Source: Takakia lepidozioides (taxonomy: Eukaryota; Plantae; Bryophyta). From it: a DNA stretch of 64,000 bases. The position numbers were made by a program, and so were the translations under genes. Where the stretch lies: contig CM060734.1 in NCBI GenBank assembly GCA_030704615.1, positions 9,610,001 to 9,674,000 of the forward strand, written 5' to 3'. The notes below the pieces were generated by a model. It did no database searches and was not told the origin of the DNA. It was given only the letters and a program-made list of their open reading frames with translations. Shown piece by piece: positions 14,085 to 26,122 of the stretch (position 1 is its first letter; each line of letters begins with the position of its first letter).

Positions 14085-14535
14085 GTCCAAACTACCTTGC
14101 TTCATATATTGAAAAAACCAGTTTAATTTTTTCCATTAATTTATTGAATAGTAATAAACGAAACAAAACAAACAAACTACATGGCTTCATATACTGATCG
14201 AATTTGAAGTACTTTTGGTCGCTGGAAATTCCTGAAAAATAGCAAAGTCCAAACTACCTTGCTTCATATATTGAAAAAACTAGTTTAATTTTTTCCATGA
14301 ATTTATTGAGTAGTATTAAACAAAACAAAACAAACAAACTACATGGCTTCATATATTGATCGAATTTGAAGTACTTTTGGTCGCTGGAAATTCCTGGAAA
14401 ATAGCAAAGTCCAAACTACCTTGCTTCATATATTGAAAAAACCAGTTTATTTTTTTTCATGAATTTATTGAGTAGTAATAAATAAAACAAAACAAAACAA
14501 AACAAACAAACTACGTGGCTTCATAAATTCATCGA
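14085..14535 (+). repeat. About 160-bp tandem repeat (about 3 copies) in the Helitron 5' region
   Basis: GTCCAAACTACCTTGCTTCATATATTGAAAAAAC recurs near 14085, 14247 and 14409; a related unit lies at 13120-13150. Confidence 0.8.
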
Positions 14536-14745
14536 AAAAAATAAATTGGTTTCTCAATATATGAAGCGAGGTTGTTTGTTTGTTAGTTTTGTTTTGTAGT
14601 TGCTTTGTTCATATCTCAAAAAGTACGTTCGAAAAGGTACCAATAAGCTAAAAATATATAAACCCTTCACATATGAAGATGGATATCATTATTCATATTC
14701 ATCCAATATTGTTCTTCTTCATCTCTCCTTCAACTACAAAGAAGC

Positions 14746-15888
14746 ATGCCTCCTAGACGTCGTGGCGGTGTTAGTTTACGTACAGAACGTGCACGAGCAC
14801 GACAACGTGCTGCTAGGGCAAGAGATGCGGACACCAATGACGAGAGGGAGGAAAGGCTACGTGCGGAAGCGGCCCATGTAGCAGCTATTAGGGCCGCAGA
14901 GTCCTCCGCTCAAACGGAAGAAAGGCTGCTAGCTCAGGCCGCTTATCAAGCACCCCATGTACTAGCTGTTAGGGCCGCAGAGTCCTCCGCTCAAGCCGAA
15001 GAAAGCCTGATAGCTTAGGTAGCTTATCAAGCACCCCATGTAGCAGCTGTTAGGGCCGCAGAGTCCTCCGCTCAAACGGAAGAAAGGCTGCTAGCTCAAG
15101 CCACTTAACAAGCACCCCATGTAGCAGCTGTTAGGGCCACAGAGTCCTCGACTCAAGCCGAAGAAAGGCTGATAGCTCAGGCAGCTTATCAAGCACCCCA
15201 TGTAGCAATTGTTAGGGCCACAGAGTCCTCCGCTCAAACGGAAGAAAGGCTGCTAGCTCAAGCCGCTTATCAAGCACACCATGTACCAGCTGTTAGGGCC
15301 GCAGAGTCATCCGCTCAAGCCGAAGAAAGGCTGATAGCTCAGGCCGCTTATCAAGCACCCCATGTAGAAGCTGTTAGGGCCGCAGAGTCCTCCGCTCAAA
15401 CGGAAGAAAGGCTGATAGCTTAGGCCGCTTATCAAGCACCCCCTGTAGCAGCTCTTAGGGGCGCTGAGTCCTCCGCTCAAGCGGAAAAAAGGCTGCGATT
15501 GCAGGGTTCATTATGTAGCAGCCGTTAGGGTTGCAGAATTTTCTTCTCAGTCCGAAGAAAGGTGGCAAGCACAAGCTGCTTATCAAGCACCCCATGTAGC
15601 AGCTGCTAGGGCCGCAGAGTTGGAAGAACAACGAGCAAAAAGATTACGTGATCAGGCTGTCTATCAAACTAGACAAAGGGCACCGTTCTTTGAAGTAGGG
15701 GTGCGCCATAACTTGGGCAATATGGATGTTGTCTGTCAACATTGCGGTGCTCTTCATTGGATGGCCGAAAAACTTACTGAGAGCAGTATTCAAAACCCAC
15801 TATTCGGCACATGCTGTCATAAAGATAAAGTTTCATTACCGTTGCTTCGACGCCCACCACCTATATTACAACAACTGTTTCTTGGTGA
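14746..15888 (+). pseudogene. Helitron Rep/helicase N-terminus (repeat region plus Zn finger), with stops and truncation
   Basis: MPPRRRGG..., Glu/Ala/Arg-rich repeats, then HNLGNMDVVCQHCGALHWMAEKL...FGTCCHKDKVSLPLLRRPPPILQQLF, the RepHel CxxC...W..E...CC motif. Confidence 0.8.
14873..15620 (+). repeat. 81-bp (27-aa) coding tandem repeat, about 9 copies
   Basis: Unit CCCATGTAGCAGCTGTTAGGGCCGCAGAGTCCTCCGCTCAA...TATCAAGCAC encodes HVAAVRAAESSAQ(T/A)EERLxAQAAYQAP, with alternating T/A variants. Confidence 0.95.
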
Positions 15889-16039
15889 GGCTGGCGGAGG
15901 TCGAGGCTTGCTTATGGGCTTTGCGGGTAAGGCTGGTTGAGAGATTGCGGATAGGGCGAGGCAAATTGGGACCTGGAACTGGGTGGATGAACCGGGGTGC
16001 GTATGGGCAACGTGTATGGGTTCTGACGTAGGGTTCACC

Positions 16040-16445
16040 TCGGGACAGGTAGCCCCTTTCTGGGCGAAGAAGTCGGCCATGTCGTTACCGGTGATGCCGG
16101 TGTGGGAGCGGACTTTAATGAAGTATATGGGTTGGTCTAAGGAGATGGCAAGATGGGCAATGGCGGATATAAGGTTCATGTCGGAGTGGTAATGGTGAGA
16201 GGAAGGGCGGGAGAGGTGGTTACGGATGAGAAAGAGTGAGGTGAGGCTATCAGTAAAGATGTAGTGTGGGGGGGAAAATGAGGAGAGTTGGGTAATGGCA
16301 TCATGAATGGCCATGAGCTCGGCTCGGAGGATGGTGGCCGGCCTCGAAGACGTAGGGCGATTCCTTGGTTGGTAGCGGCATGGTATATGCCGTAACCAGC
16401 CCGGGGACCAGCAATGAGGGAGCCATCCGTGTAGTGGGAGTGGTC
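16040..16445 (-). pseudogene. LINE RNase H domain
   Basis: HYTDGS...AGYGIY...TILRAELMAIHDAI...YIFTDSLTSL...KVRSHTGITGNDMADFFAQKG, with a frameshift near 16335. Confidence 0.9.
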
Positions 16446-16879
16446 AGGTGGGTATTTGAGAGGAAGTTTCGTGCGAGAAACTGGCGGATCCGTGGGGATA
16501 GTTGGGATAGGGGGGATGGGTGGGCGGGAAAGCATTTGACACCGTGACTTAGTTGCTTTAATGTGAGGAATGGGACGCATGGGGCGAGGGGTGCCGGGGA
16601 GAGTAGGGGGGGGGGTCGGGAAAATAGTGGCCTTCAGGCCATGCGTGTGTGTGAGAAGGTGGAGAAGGCGATCTGGGAAGGTATTGGGTATGATGGTAGA
16701 GAAGATGGGGCGGTGGACCAGCAGAATGAGGGTTAAGGTAGGTTGTTTGTGTTGTAGATATTTGGGGAGGGGCTGGGTGCGCGAATATTTGGAGCTGCCC
16801 TGGGTCAATAGCGGCTAGGGGCGTGACTCCGGGCGGCAGTTGGTGGAGGGGGTGTGGACCATTGGGCATTTGTTGGTGA

Positions 16880-17180
16880 GAGAGGAGGAGGATGGTGGCA
16901 TTGGAGGGGGATGACTGTGCCGCGAGCCGTGCCCATTGAAGTGCGTCTTGTAGATGGGGCCCTTGGGGGGGGTGTGCAAGACCATGGCCAGTCCAGGTAT
17001 GCTGGGATGCAGAGCCGATGGCTCCAAAGAAATAGTCTCTAGGGTGAGGGCTAGAGTATGACGAAATCGTCATACGGCATGTAAGCGGGCTAGAATAGTA
17101 GGAGTGTGTAATGTGAAAGGATTCTATAAGAAGTGTTAGGATGTCCGGATGAAGAGTAGTCTGTGACTGGGCTAGAGATA
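16880..17180 (-). pseudogene. PCIF1/CAPAM-like adenine methyltransferase fold within the LINE ORF; catalytic motif degenerate
   Basis: QTTLHPDILTLLIESFHITHSYYSSPLTC...YSSPHPRDYFFGAIGS...WTGHGLAHPPQ...ATILLL aligns by eye with the PCIF1 pattern LP..VF..L...F....ECFASPLNC...YCS.FPD.D..FGS.G....G..EANPPF...SFIVFI. Confidence 0.6.
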
Positions 17181-17629
17181 GTTTGATAAGGGAGCGGGGT
17201 TTTTTGAGGGGGGTATCGGCTAGCTACCGTTCAGCTAGCCAGCAGACTTCTGTTGCAAAGTCCTGCCGTGCTGGCGAGAACTGACTAGGTGAGGGGGAAG
17301 AGGTAGAAAATCTATGCTAGAGCCGAGAGAGGCGGTCGTTTGGAATAAGGCCTATGTAGCGGCCGTTGGAGGCGTATAATTTGGACATGCGGGATCATGT
17401 GCAGATGATGGGGGTGGTGTAGGAGATGTCTTTATCGGGATTGCATTCAGCAATGCAAACATGCACGTTAGGAGCAAGAAGGGGGGTATGGACGTATTGG
17501 GCGTCTATTGGTTGGGGTGGGGAGGTGTGTTGCTGATGGATATGGGTTAGGTAGTTGGTATTGGTGGATTTATGAAAAGCAATGAGGAGGTCAAGGTTAT
17601 GGTCTGGGTCGCAATCATTGTGAGATCCG

Positions 17630-17780
17630 AATAGGTCATCCTCCGATTGCCAGGTGTTGTCTTCCGATGGGTATCCGGCCCACTTGCAGAGATAGAAGGT
17701 ATCCAGACATAGGGCGCCGAATTTGTTAGCTGTGGTTTGGGTTCTGATTCCGAGGATGGCTTCGATGGTGAAGGCTTCCG
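17630..17780 (-). pseudogene. Chromodomain within the LINE ORF
   Basis: EAFTIEAILGIR...FYLCKWAGYPSEDNTWQSEDDL matches the chromodomain consensus (F.VE.IL...YLVKW.GY....NTWE); aromatic cage residues retained. Confidence 0.85.
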
Positions 17781-17959
17781 GGTTGTCTGGGTTCGTATAT
17801 GGGAGAACGAGTGGGGGGGTTGGAGCAAGTAGGGGATATCCGAGGAGGGGGGGGGGGGGGGGGGGGGGGAGGAGGAGGCGGGAGGGGTTAGGTCTGGGGA
17901 GGTAGGTAGGGTCCGTGTGTGAGCCCGGTGTCAGGGGAGAGAAGAGTGCCTTGGTTAAA

Positions 17960-17960
<1 letters not shown>

Positions 17961-18036
<76 letters not shown>
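17961..18036 (+). repeat. 76-nt G homopolymer; second G run at about 17847-17869
   Basis: Directly visible; produces the poly-Pro and poly-Gly ORFs in the track. Confidence 0.9.
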
Positions 18037-18037
<1 letters not shown>

Positions 18038-19143
18038 ATCGATATAGGGGTGGGGGTTGAGGTGGGGAGCGGCAAGTTTATTGAGAATAGAGGGGGCTGG
18101 GTTGGTTCGGTATTGGGGTAGGAGGTCTAGTTTGTGATGTGGGAAGAGTTTACATGGGAAGTCACAGTCTAGGGTGCATGAGGGGGTCCTGTGGCAAAAA
18201 AGGGTCTGAAGGATGGACAAAAACCGGCATGTCTTAACAGTTGCTTTGGAGTATTTGAGAGTGAATTCTCGGGGTGAGAGAAGTTTGCAGCCAGAGGTTG
18301 TGGTGAGTTGGGTGAGAGTCATGATGTGTCGGAGTTTAAAGTAGGCAAGTATGGTCGTCTTCTGGCGGGAATGTTGTTCTTCAAGTGCGGAGAGGAGTGG
18401 GCTAGCAAGGCAGGCTTGTTCAAGAGGTGAGATGGTGTTGGGGTAGCCGGGTAGATCGGTTTGTATGCTAATGTTCATTTGTCGGAGGATGTAGAGGGTT
18501 CTAGTGGTAGGAGAGTGGAGGCAAGATTGGGGTGGGGGGGAGGGTGGGTAGGGAGTGGAGGCCGTTATATTTGGTAGCCAGGAATTGAAGGAGACCTCTA
18601 TAGATAAGGCCTAGCCGGCCAGGGTCATTGAGGGCTTCTTGAAGTTGCTTGCCCAGGGTGCGGGCATAAGAGGTAAGTAGCGAGATAGTACCTATGTCAA
18701 AGTTGTCGTTGGGGAGCTGGGTAAGAGCATTGGGGGTGCTGGTGGGTAGGCCTCAAATGCGTTTAGTGAGCTGGATGAAGTGTTTGTCAATTAATTTGAG
18801 ATCTGGGAGAGAGAAGGGGGCTGCGTGGAAAGAGTATTGGACTTGTGACTTGAGTACGGTTTGAATGAGGGAGAGTTTGGGACGGATGGATACCGGGGAT
18901 TTGAGGAGGGCCGTACTTTTGTCAATCAATTTAGCGATTGTAGTGGATTTTTGTAGGTGCCAAGTAAGGGAGGGGACTAGTTGTATGCCTAGGTAGGTGT
19001 AGGGTTCATCAGGGCCTAAGAAGGGGAAATTTTTGTTTTGGTAGTGGATATACAATTTGCAGTGTGAGGCTGTCATGGCTTTGGTGAGTTTGCTATGATG
19101 GGTAGCTATGGTGACAGCACATTTGTGGAGGCTGAGCTCCATG

Positions 19144-19841
19144 CAAGGGGAGGTCACTTCCAAATATTACCACTTGACATGCAAAAACATATAGGGTGCC
19201 GAAAATTTTGAGAAAATAAAATTTAGAATACATTTAGAAATACTATAGGGTACTAATATATTGGCGGCACCACATTTAAATTAAAATAGGGTCCAAAATA
19301 AAGACGTATTTAAAAAAGTTAAAACTAATATATGATGGAGATAAATTAAAGGGACACATGTCGTTCAGTGATACGCAGTTCGGGACATGTAGCGGAGAGG
19401 GCATAGGCGCATGTGCACAGCAACCCTAGGCTTCCCTCTCTCCTGAGGGCATTTGAAATTCAAATATGATGTAACTGACAGCAAGTGGATAGACATAGAT
19501 TCAATTATTAGTTCAGTTACTATGAGATTTTATTTTGCTCATAACCTTTATACTTTAAATGATGCTGATGCATCTATTTTGGATGAATTTGTTTCCAACA
19601 AATAAAAAAAATCATTACCCCGTAAATTTATTATATTTATTTTCAAGTTAATATAGGGTGTCAAATATTTCTTACCTGCTATAAAATATAAATAATATAG
19701 CTTGCAAGAAAATATGCCATATTACAAAATTATGTAATAATAGGGTGGCCAAAAATTCAGAAAATAAAATTAATACCCCCATAGAAAATGCCTGTTTGCC
19801 TCACGTGCCTGGGAAACTAGATATGGAGTGACCTCCCCAAG
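19144..19841. mobile_element. MITE (698 bp) with 8-bp TSD, hAT- or P-like, inserted in the LINE RT
   Basis: TIRs CAAGGGGAGGTCACTTCCAAATAT / reverse complement CTTGGGGAGGTCACTCCATAT. TSD GCTCCATG at 19136-19143 and 19842-19849. AT-rich interior. Confidence 0.85.
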
Positions 19842-21213
19842 GCTCCATGCCAAACCATTGATTAAATCTAAATAGTTTGTCTGCTTGTCAGTTGATATTT
19901 TGTGTGGGCGAGGATGGCAAGGTCGTCTGCATAGGGCGCCGCAAAGATGGGTACTGTTAGAGGTTTTATAGCGGTAGCCTATCTTACCTCGGTCGATCCA
20001 TCTAAGAAGGGGCTCTAGGAAGATGATGAACAGGTAAGGGCTGAGGGTATCTCTTTGGATAGTGCCTCGCAAAATTGGGATAGGGGGAGTGGAACCGTAA
20101 TATGAGCCAGTATATTCTGTGGAGCTATCGGTATAGATGTTGCCGATGAGTTGTATAGCGTCAGTGGGATAGCCCAGATCCGTCATAATGGCGAGAAGTC
20201 GGGCGTGGTCAAGAGATCCAAAGGCATTTTTAAAGTCAATGTACAGGAGATAGATGTCATGTTTAGTGAGTTTGGCGTCTTCGAGTGCGGATATGACATA
20301 TTGTATTTGGCGAGTGGTACTACAAGTGGCACGGAAGCCTTCTTGGGGGTCATTAAGAATGCGGTGCTGCTCTCCATAGCAGGAGAGCATTGTGGTTAGC
20401 ATACTAGTGAAGAGTTTGTATATGGTGTTGGCTAAAGCTATAGGGCGGTAGTTACCGAGATCTATGGGGTCCCCTTTTTTGTAGAGAAGGATAGTATGGC
20501 TATGTTTCCAAGATGGAGGAATACGTCGTAGGCGATAACAGAGGTGGAAAAATTTGAATAAGAGGGAGTGAAAATGAGGATCTAGAGCTTGGAGTATGGC
20601 ATTGGGGATGAGATCGGGACCGGGGGCTTTGGATTTGGATAGGGATTTGAGACATGAGTCGTAAATAGCTATGGTGAAGAACGAGAGGATGGTATCCTCA
20701 GGGGCCCCACGTTTATCTAAGGAGAATCCGTCGATGTCATGCCAAGGGTAGAGTTTGAAGCAGTCGTTAGTATGTTTGTTGGGGTGGAGGCAGTGCTTGA
20801 CTGTGGGTGTGTAGGAGGCTGAGGCTTGCAGATTTCATTCTTAATATCGTCCGGTTGGGTTACGAGGTGGCCATGTCGGTGTCTAAGGCAGTCGATAGGG
20901 GGGTTGAGGGCAGGGTTGAAGATGGCTTTATGGGCGCGTTTAGGGTGATCACGTAAAAGTTTCCCGAAGGATGAGACGAATTTCTTGTGATTGGCAGTGG
21001 CTTTTTGTTTGGTGATGTTATATGCGGCCTTCTTTGCATCCCTGCCAATTTTGGCTAGGGTAGCAATCCAGCTGGGTATGGATGTGGGGTCGGACGGCGG
21101 GGGTAGAAGTGGTTGGCAGAGGGGGATAGCGTTTAAGCTGTCATGTACCCAAGCATCGTGCCACAACATACATCGCTGTCCACCACACAATCTAAGCACA
21201 CAATCCTAGAAAG

Positions 21214-22300
21214 CTATACCACAATATAAACATAGTCACCAGGGTTGAATCTCCGAACCCCAAGACGATAGCCCCCACCACGTATGGTAGCATACCTCAA
21301 CGTATCACGATGTTGTGCAATGGCAAGGTTCTCGAAAGCCATGGGCATGACTTTCTTGAACAACTCTGCACGCTGCTCACATGCACGTGCCCACACGTCC
21401 GGATCGTCAAGGTTAAGAACTATAGCAGCTTCTCTGCAAATGGATGTAGGCAAATCCGGCTCTCGGCCAAAGAGAAGAAAGTATGGTGAGAAGGAGGCAA
21501 GTGATGCTTGCTTGCTGAACCTGTAGCCCATGGCTAACCAGGGTAACTGAAGGTCCCAATCTCCTAGGTGTCCCTTCTGCAAGCCATACTTGCGCAAACC
21601 CCTCTTTACTGTCTGAACAACTCTCTCTGCTAAGCCATCGGCCTCAGGATGATCCCGAGAAGTGGTGCGGTGGTCTATCAAGGCCTTGTCACACAAAGCC
21701 TGAAACTCCCCCAAGAACTCTCTCCCTTGGTCCGTGAGTACCTCAGCTGGAGCACCGAATCGGCTAAGCACACAATCCAAGAATGCATACGCAGCTCCCT
21801 CACTAGCCTTATCGGGCAATGGAACCAATTCAATCCACTTGGAGAAGTGCTCTACCATCACCAACACGTACTTGTTGTGGCGCATGGTCAGTGGCAATGG
21901 CCCTGCGAAGTCAAGACTCCACCTGTAGCCCAATCCCATGATCGGAAGAGGGTGCAATTGTGGAGTAGGGGCGTTGAATGAAGCACGCACCCTGTCACAC
22001 ACCATGCACCTAGCCACAAATTGTTGCACCTCTGTGTGCATACCACGCCACCAATACTGCCCCTACAGTAGACTATGAGTGCGTCGCACCCCAAAATGCC
22101 CCAACTCCTCATGGGCATGCCGCGCTAACCGTGCCCGTTGTGTTGGGTGAGGCACAATCCTCACTCGACCATCCTCCCCACACTTGGAGCAGGTGTGTCC
22201 CCTCCCACTTGAACCTCTTGGCTCGTTGTAGGATCCGATCCCTCTCCTTGGCAGTCACAGTGGCTGCAGTGTCTCCAGTGCGGAGGTAGTCCAACACAAC
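21214..22300 (-). pseudogene. Gypsy integrase (HHCC plus DDE), C-terminus truncated
   Basis: HAHEELGHFGVRRT...CMVC; RWSLDFAGPLP; VLTDQGREF; HPEADGLAERVVQTVK. Ends at FNPGDYVY. Confidence 0.92.
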
Positions 22301-22437
22301 TGAATCCTCATGTATATCTTTGGCGCCACCTTGCTCATTGCTGGCCTCAGGGTCCTCAGACACTTGATCTACAGTCATCCTGTTGCAGGTCCAACCTGGC
22401 CTTCCGCTGCCAAGATACACAGAAATGCAGATGCATG

Positions 22438-23875
22438 TCATCCGGGCACCATCTCCTCGTCCGTCTCACCATGCCACTGAGCTCCAGTGTCATCCTGTTG
22501 GCTCGTGCATGGATTGCGATTCAACCCATCTGCATTGCGATTGACCAAACCCGGTCGATGCACCACCTGAAAGTCATACTCTTGAAGGATGAGTGCCCAC
22601 CGTGCAAGCTTCCCCGTAAGCTTGTCTGACTCCATCAACCACTTGAGTGGTTGGTGATCCGTGACAAGGGTGAAGAGATTGCCGTATAGATAGCACCTGA
22701 AGTGTGCCACGGCCCACACTGCAGCTAAGCATTCTCCCTCATATGAGCTATACTTAGACTCTGCAACGTTGTTCGAGCGGCTAGCATAAGCCACTACGAA
22801 CTCTCTTCCCTCATCGTCCACCTGTGTGAGCACCGCTCCAAGCCCCAGCATGCTCCAATCTGTATGCAGCTGAAAAGGACGCCCCCTGATAGGTCGTCTC
22901 AAGATGGGCGCCGAGGTCAACCTCGCCTTGAGCTCTTGAAAAACTTGTTCTTGCTCATCTTCCCACTGCCACTCCTGGTCCACCTTGGTCAGCTTGGTTA
23001 GAGCCTTTGCAATGGCACTAAATCCCTTAACAAACCGTCTATAATAGTTTGCTAACCCCATGAAAGCTCGAACTCGGCTCACATCCGTGGGGCGTGGAAC
23101 CTGTGCAATGGACTCTACCTTAGTCTGTTGTACCCCAATCCTCCAGGATATATCATGTGACCCAGATACTCAATCTGGTTGTGGAAAAACTTGCACTTTC
23201 CCGGATGTAACTTCAATCCGTGCGCCCTCAAGCGCTCAAATACCCCTGAAGGTGTCTCTCATGCTTTTCCACCGTAGCACTAAAGATGATGATGTCATCT
23301 ATGTAGCACCGAGCAAACTCCACCCCTGCTAGAATCCTGTCCATGACTCTCTGAAACTCTGCCGGAGCGTTCTTAAGCCCAAATGGTAAGAACCGCCACT
23401 GGTATAGGCAATCCTTCCCGTGCTCATTGATCCCCCAGAATGCCGTCTTTTGCTTATCCCCTCCTTGATCGGCAACTGGTGATATCCGGATGTAAATCCA
23501 ACGTGCTAAAGACCTTGGCATGCCCAATGGCATCAAAGATCTCCTCTGGTGTTGGCATGGCATACCTATCGGACTTGGTCTGACGATTTACAGGCCGGTA
23601 ATCACCGCACATACGTCTCTCCGTCCAATTGCCAAAGACATCCTTCTTGGCTGGCATCACTGTGGCTGAAGCATACTCTCCCCAGATAGCTCCACCAAAC
23701 CAGCCTCCCAAAGGTCCTGAGTTCTCATCTGAATCAAGGACCTCTCCATGTCAGTGTATCTATAGGGTCTCCGAAAGATTGGCGTGTCAGTAGCCAATTC
23801 AATGCGAATCTCTTGACCCTTCAGTGCTCCTAAGTCCTTCAAACTGAAGGCAAAGCAGTTCCTGTAAGCCCTCAA
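22438..23875 (-). pseudogene. Gypsy reverse transcriptase and RNase H (frameshifted)
   Basis: RMCGDYRPVN, FSTLDL, KTAF, LPFGLKNAPAEFQ, YIDDIII; RNase H LHTDWS...YASRS...EGECLAAVWA...TDHQPL. Confidence 0.93.
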
Positions 23876-24289
23876 GAACCGCCGTATACGTCGTCTCTCT
23901 CCTTCGGTGACTATAGGTCCAACATCAGGCTCCCAGTTGTCCTCCGTGACTGCAACCTTGAGTCCAGCAGGCTTAGAGGTAGAAGACGCGTCCCGTGGTT
24001 GCTATGCTGCAACCTCTTGAGCAGTGACCACTGCCTCATCTGTCAGTGACAATGTCTCATCCTGCCCCATCATCCCATCCTTGAGGACCTCCTCAATCCG
24101 AGAAAAATCCCCAACCTGATCCATCACCGCCGCCTTGGCTGCCAACTCCTTCTGAACCTCGAGCACCTCCCACGTGTGCCATGGATGCGGCCTGCACCTC
24201 GTGGTCCTCACCTGCTCGCCCCCACTCACTGCCTGTACCGTCTCGGTAGGCAGGGAGACCATGAAGGGAAGTGTACTCCGTACTCTGCG

Positions 24290-25260
24290 CTGCTCAGCCA
24301 TAGCCAAGCTGATAATCCAGGTCAAGCAATTGAGATCCATTGCTTGCCCCAACACCTGACGACGTGATGCCTCAGAAAGAGATGGCACCGCCGTGGTACC
24401 TGTGGTAAAACCCATCGCCCGCTCGCGCTCGTCAGCATTGGGCTCCACTAATTGTTGCAACTGGCTATCCCACAAGAGGCCATCTCCACCATCCCGAAAA
24501 GCATGGGATCTTGGGAAGCTGAGCAGTGTAGGTAATGCTGCTCGTGGTTGACCCACCCTGTTGACCACTGCCAAAGGCGAACGGTCATCGTGTCTCACAC
24601 GTTGAGACTGCCTCCCTGTGTCCAAAATGCTATCCACTGTGAGGTGTGCTGGCCGCTGCACCCCATCAAATGCACGCTTGAGCAGTGCGGGTGGCATCAA
24701 GTTAGTCCACCATAGCCGTGGACGATGAGCCCATGACCCCACTGCAGCTGCATCTCTCAACACTGCTGACCCAAGCCACGACCGGACTTGATGCACACTG
24801 GCCATCACCCTGGCCCGAGAATCACCCATCAGTGGCACATTCTCCAAGATGTATGCTGGAGATACAGCTTGATGAAGCTGCAAGTGGTGCAAAATCCGCA
24901 CCATCTCCCAAAACAGACCCGTCCTCGAGTCTCGCAATCCATTGCCATGCCCGGCTGATGAATGCCCTTGGCAGGGCCAACCTACCACTACCAGATCAAT
25001 GGAGCCAACTAGCTCCAAATCCTGCGCCCTCAGCAACGAAATGTCTGCTGGCAAGGCTTGTTGGTATCCACGAACTGCAGACACTGGCAACAAATCAGGG
25101 TACTGTTGTACCAACTGAGCAACATGGCACAGTGAGACGCGTCATGCAGTCTCATCCCTCTCCACATATAGGTAACGTCGAACTCGTACACCTGCCTGTA
25201 GTACTGCAGCCAATCCAGTGCTGATCCCGCCAAACAAGTCCAGAAGGCATATGCCTTCAT
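24290..25260 (-). pseudogene. C5-cytosine DNA methyltransferase domain within Gypsy pol
   Basis: Motif I LDLFGGISTG, II YVERD, IV GWPCQG, VI ILENV, VIII AHRPRLWWTN, IX ERERAMGF, X LGQAMD. One in-frame TGA at 25142-25144, probably from CGA. Confidence 0.93.
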
Positions 25261-25689
25261 CCGGGCACTGCCACACAAGAGGTGTGGTGTCCAATGGCGA
25301 CAACTGAGGTGATCCTGGTGCAATCACCGTACTCTCCTCTTCTCCTGACAGTACGAAGGCCTCTACCCAGGCTTGTTGTACCCGTCCATCAGCAGCTTGC
25401 TGCTAATCCTTGCTCGTACCCCATAATGGAGTGTGAGCAACCATGGCAGGCAACTCCGCCGTACCATGCATGTCATCCTGCTCTGCTGGAGGTCGCACAT
25501 CCTTTGCATGGGCATTGCCTTCTAGCAACTCTCCAGGCCAACTGACTGCAGCTGTAAAGGCGGCCAGTGTTGGCATCTTGCCCCGCTGGGCAGCCGCAAT
25601 ACCCCCAATGAATGTCACAGGGAGCTGTACACGACGACCATCCTCTGACTGCCATCCAGGCCTGTAGGATGCTGACTCCTCCCAAAAGT

Positions 25690-26104
25690 CCAGGGTGAAG
25701 CCCATGGGATATAACACTGCCCCACCAACAAGGACATCATAAGAGACCGCGTCTGTCACAATGGCCTTGGCTCGCATCACTGAGCCATCTACAGGATGAT
25801 CTGGTTATAGTCCAATGGCCAACTCACGCCGTGTCATGCCCCGAGCCTGCTCTGATCCTCCCAGAGATGTCTGTATCTGGAAAGGACAAGGCTCCATATC
25901 CGCCTCCATGAGGCCCAAACTTGCAATAGCAGCTTTGCCCAACATCAGTGGCTGAGCTCCTGAGTCCAACAAGACCCGCAGTGGCCGGTACTTCTTGCCT
26001 GCTGGTCCACTCAAAGTGAAATTGCCTCTCTGGTTGTCTAACAAGACAACTCCAAGTGTCACCATGGCGCGCTCAAAGGCTGGCCTAGCTGGCAGCTCCG
26101 TCAA
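25690..26104 (-). pseudogene. Gypsy aspartic protease
   Basis: VLLDSGAQ active-site motif and downstream YDVLVGGAVL. Confidence 0.8.
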
Positions 26105-26122
26105 CCTGGCAGCTGCAGCTTG

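Larger units (their letters stand above)
12925..15888 (+). mobile_element. Helitron, 5' portion (ends at the LINE junction)
   Basis: Candidate 5' terminus A|TCAATATATGAA, AT-rich subterminal repeats, then a RepHel-type N-terminal coding region. Confidence 0.65.

Noticed and set aside
17915-18121. Glycine-rich or extensin-like proline-rich protein
   Set aside because: Product of G homopolymers within the LINE linker; run length may be a sequencing error.
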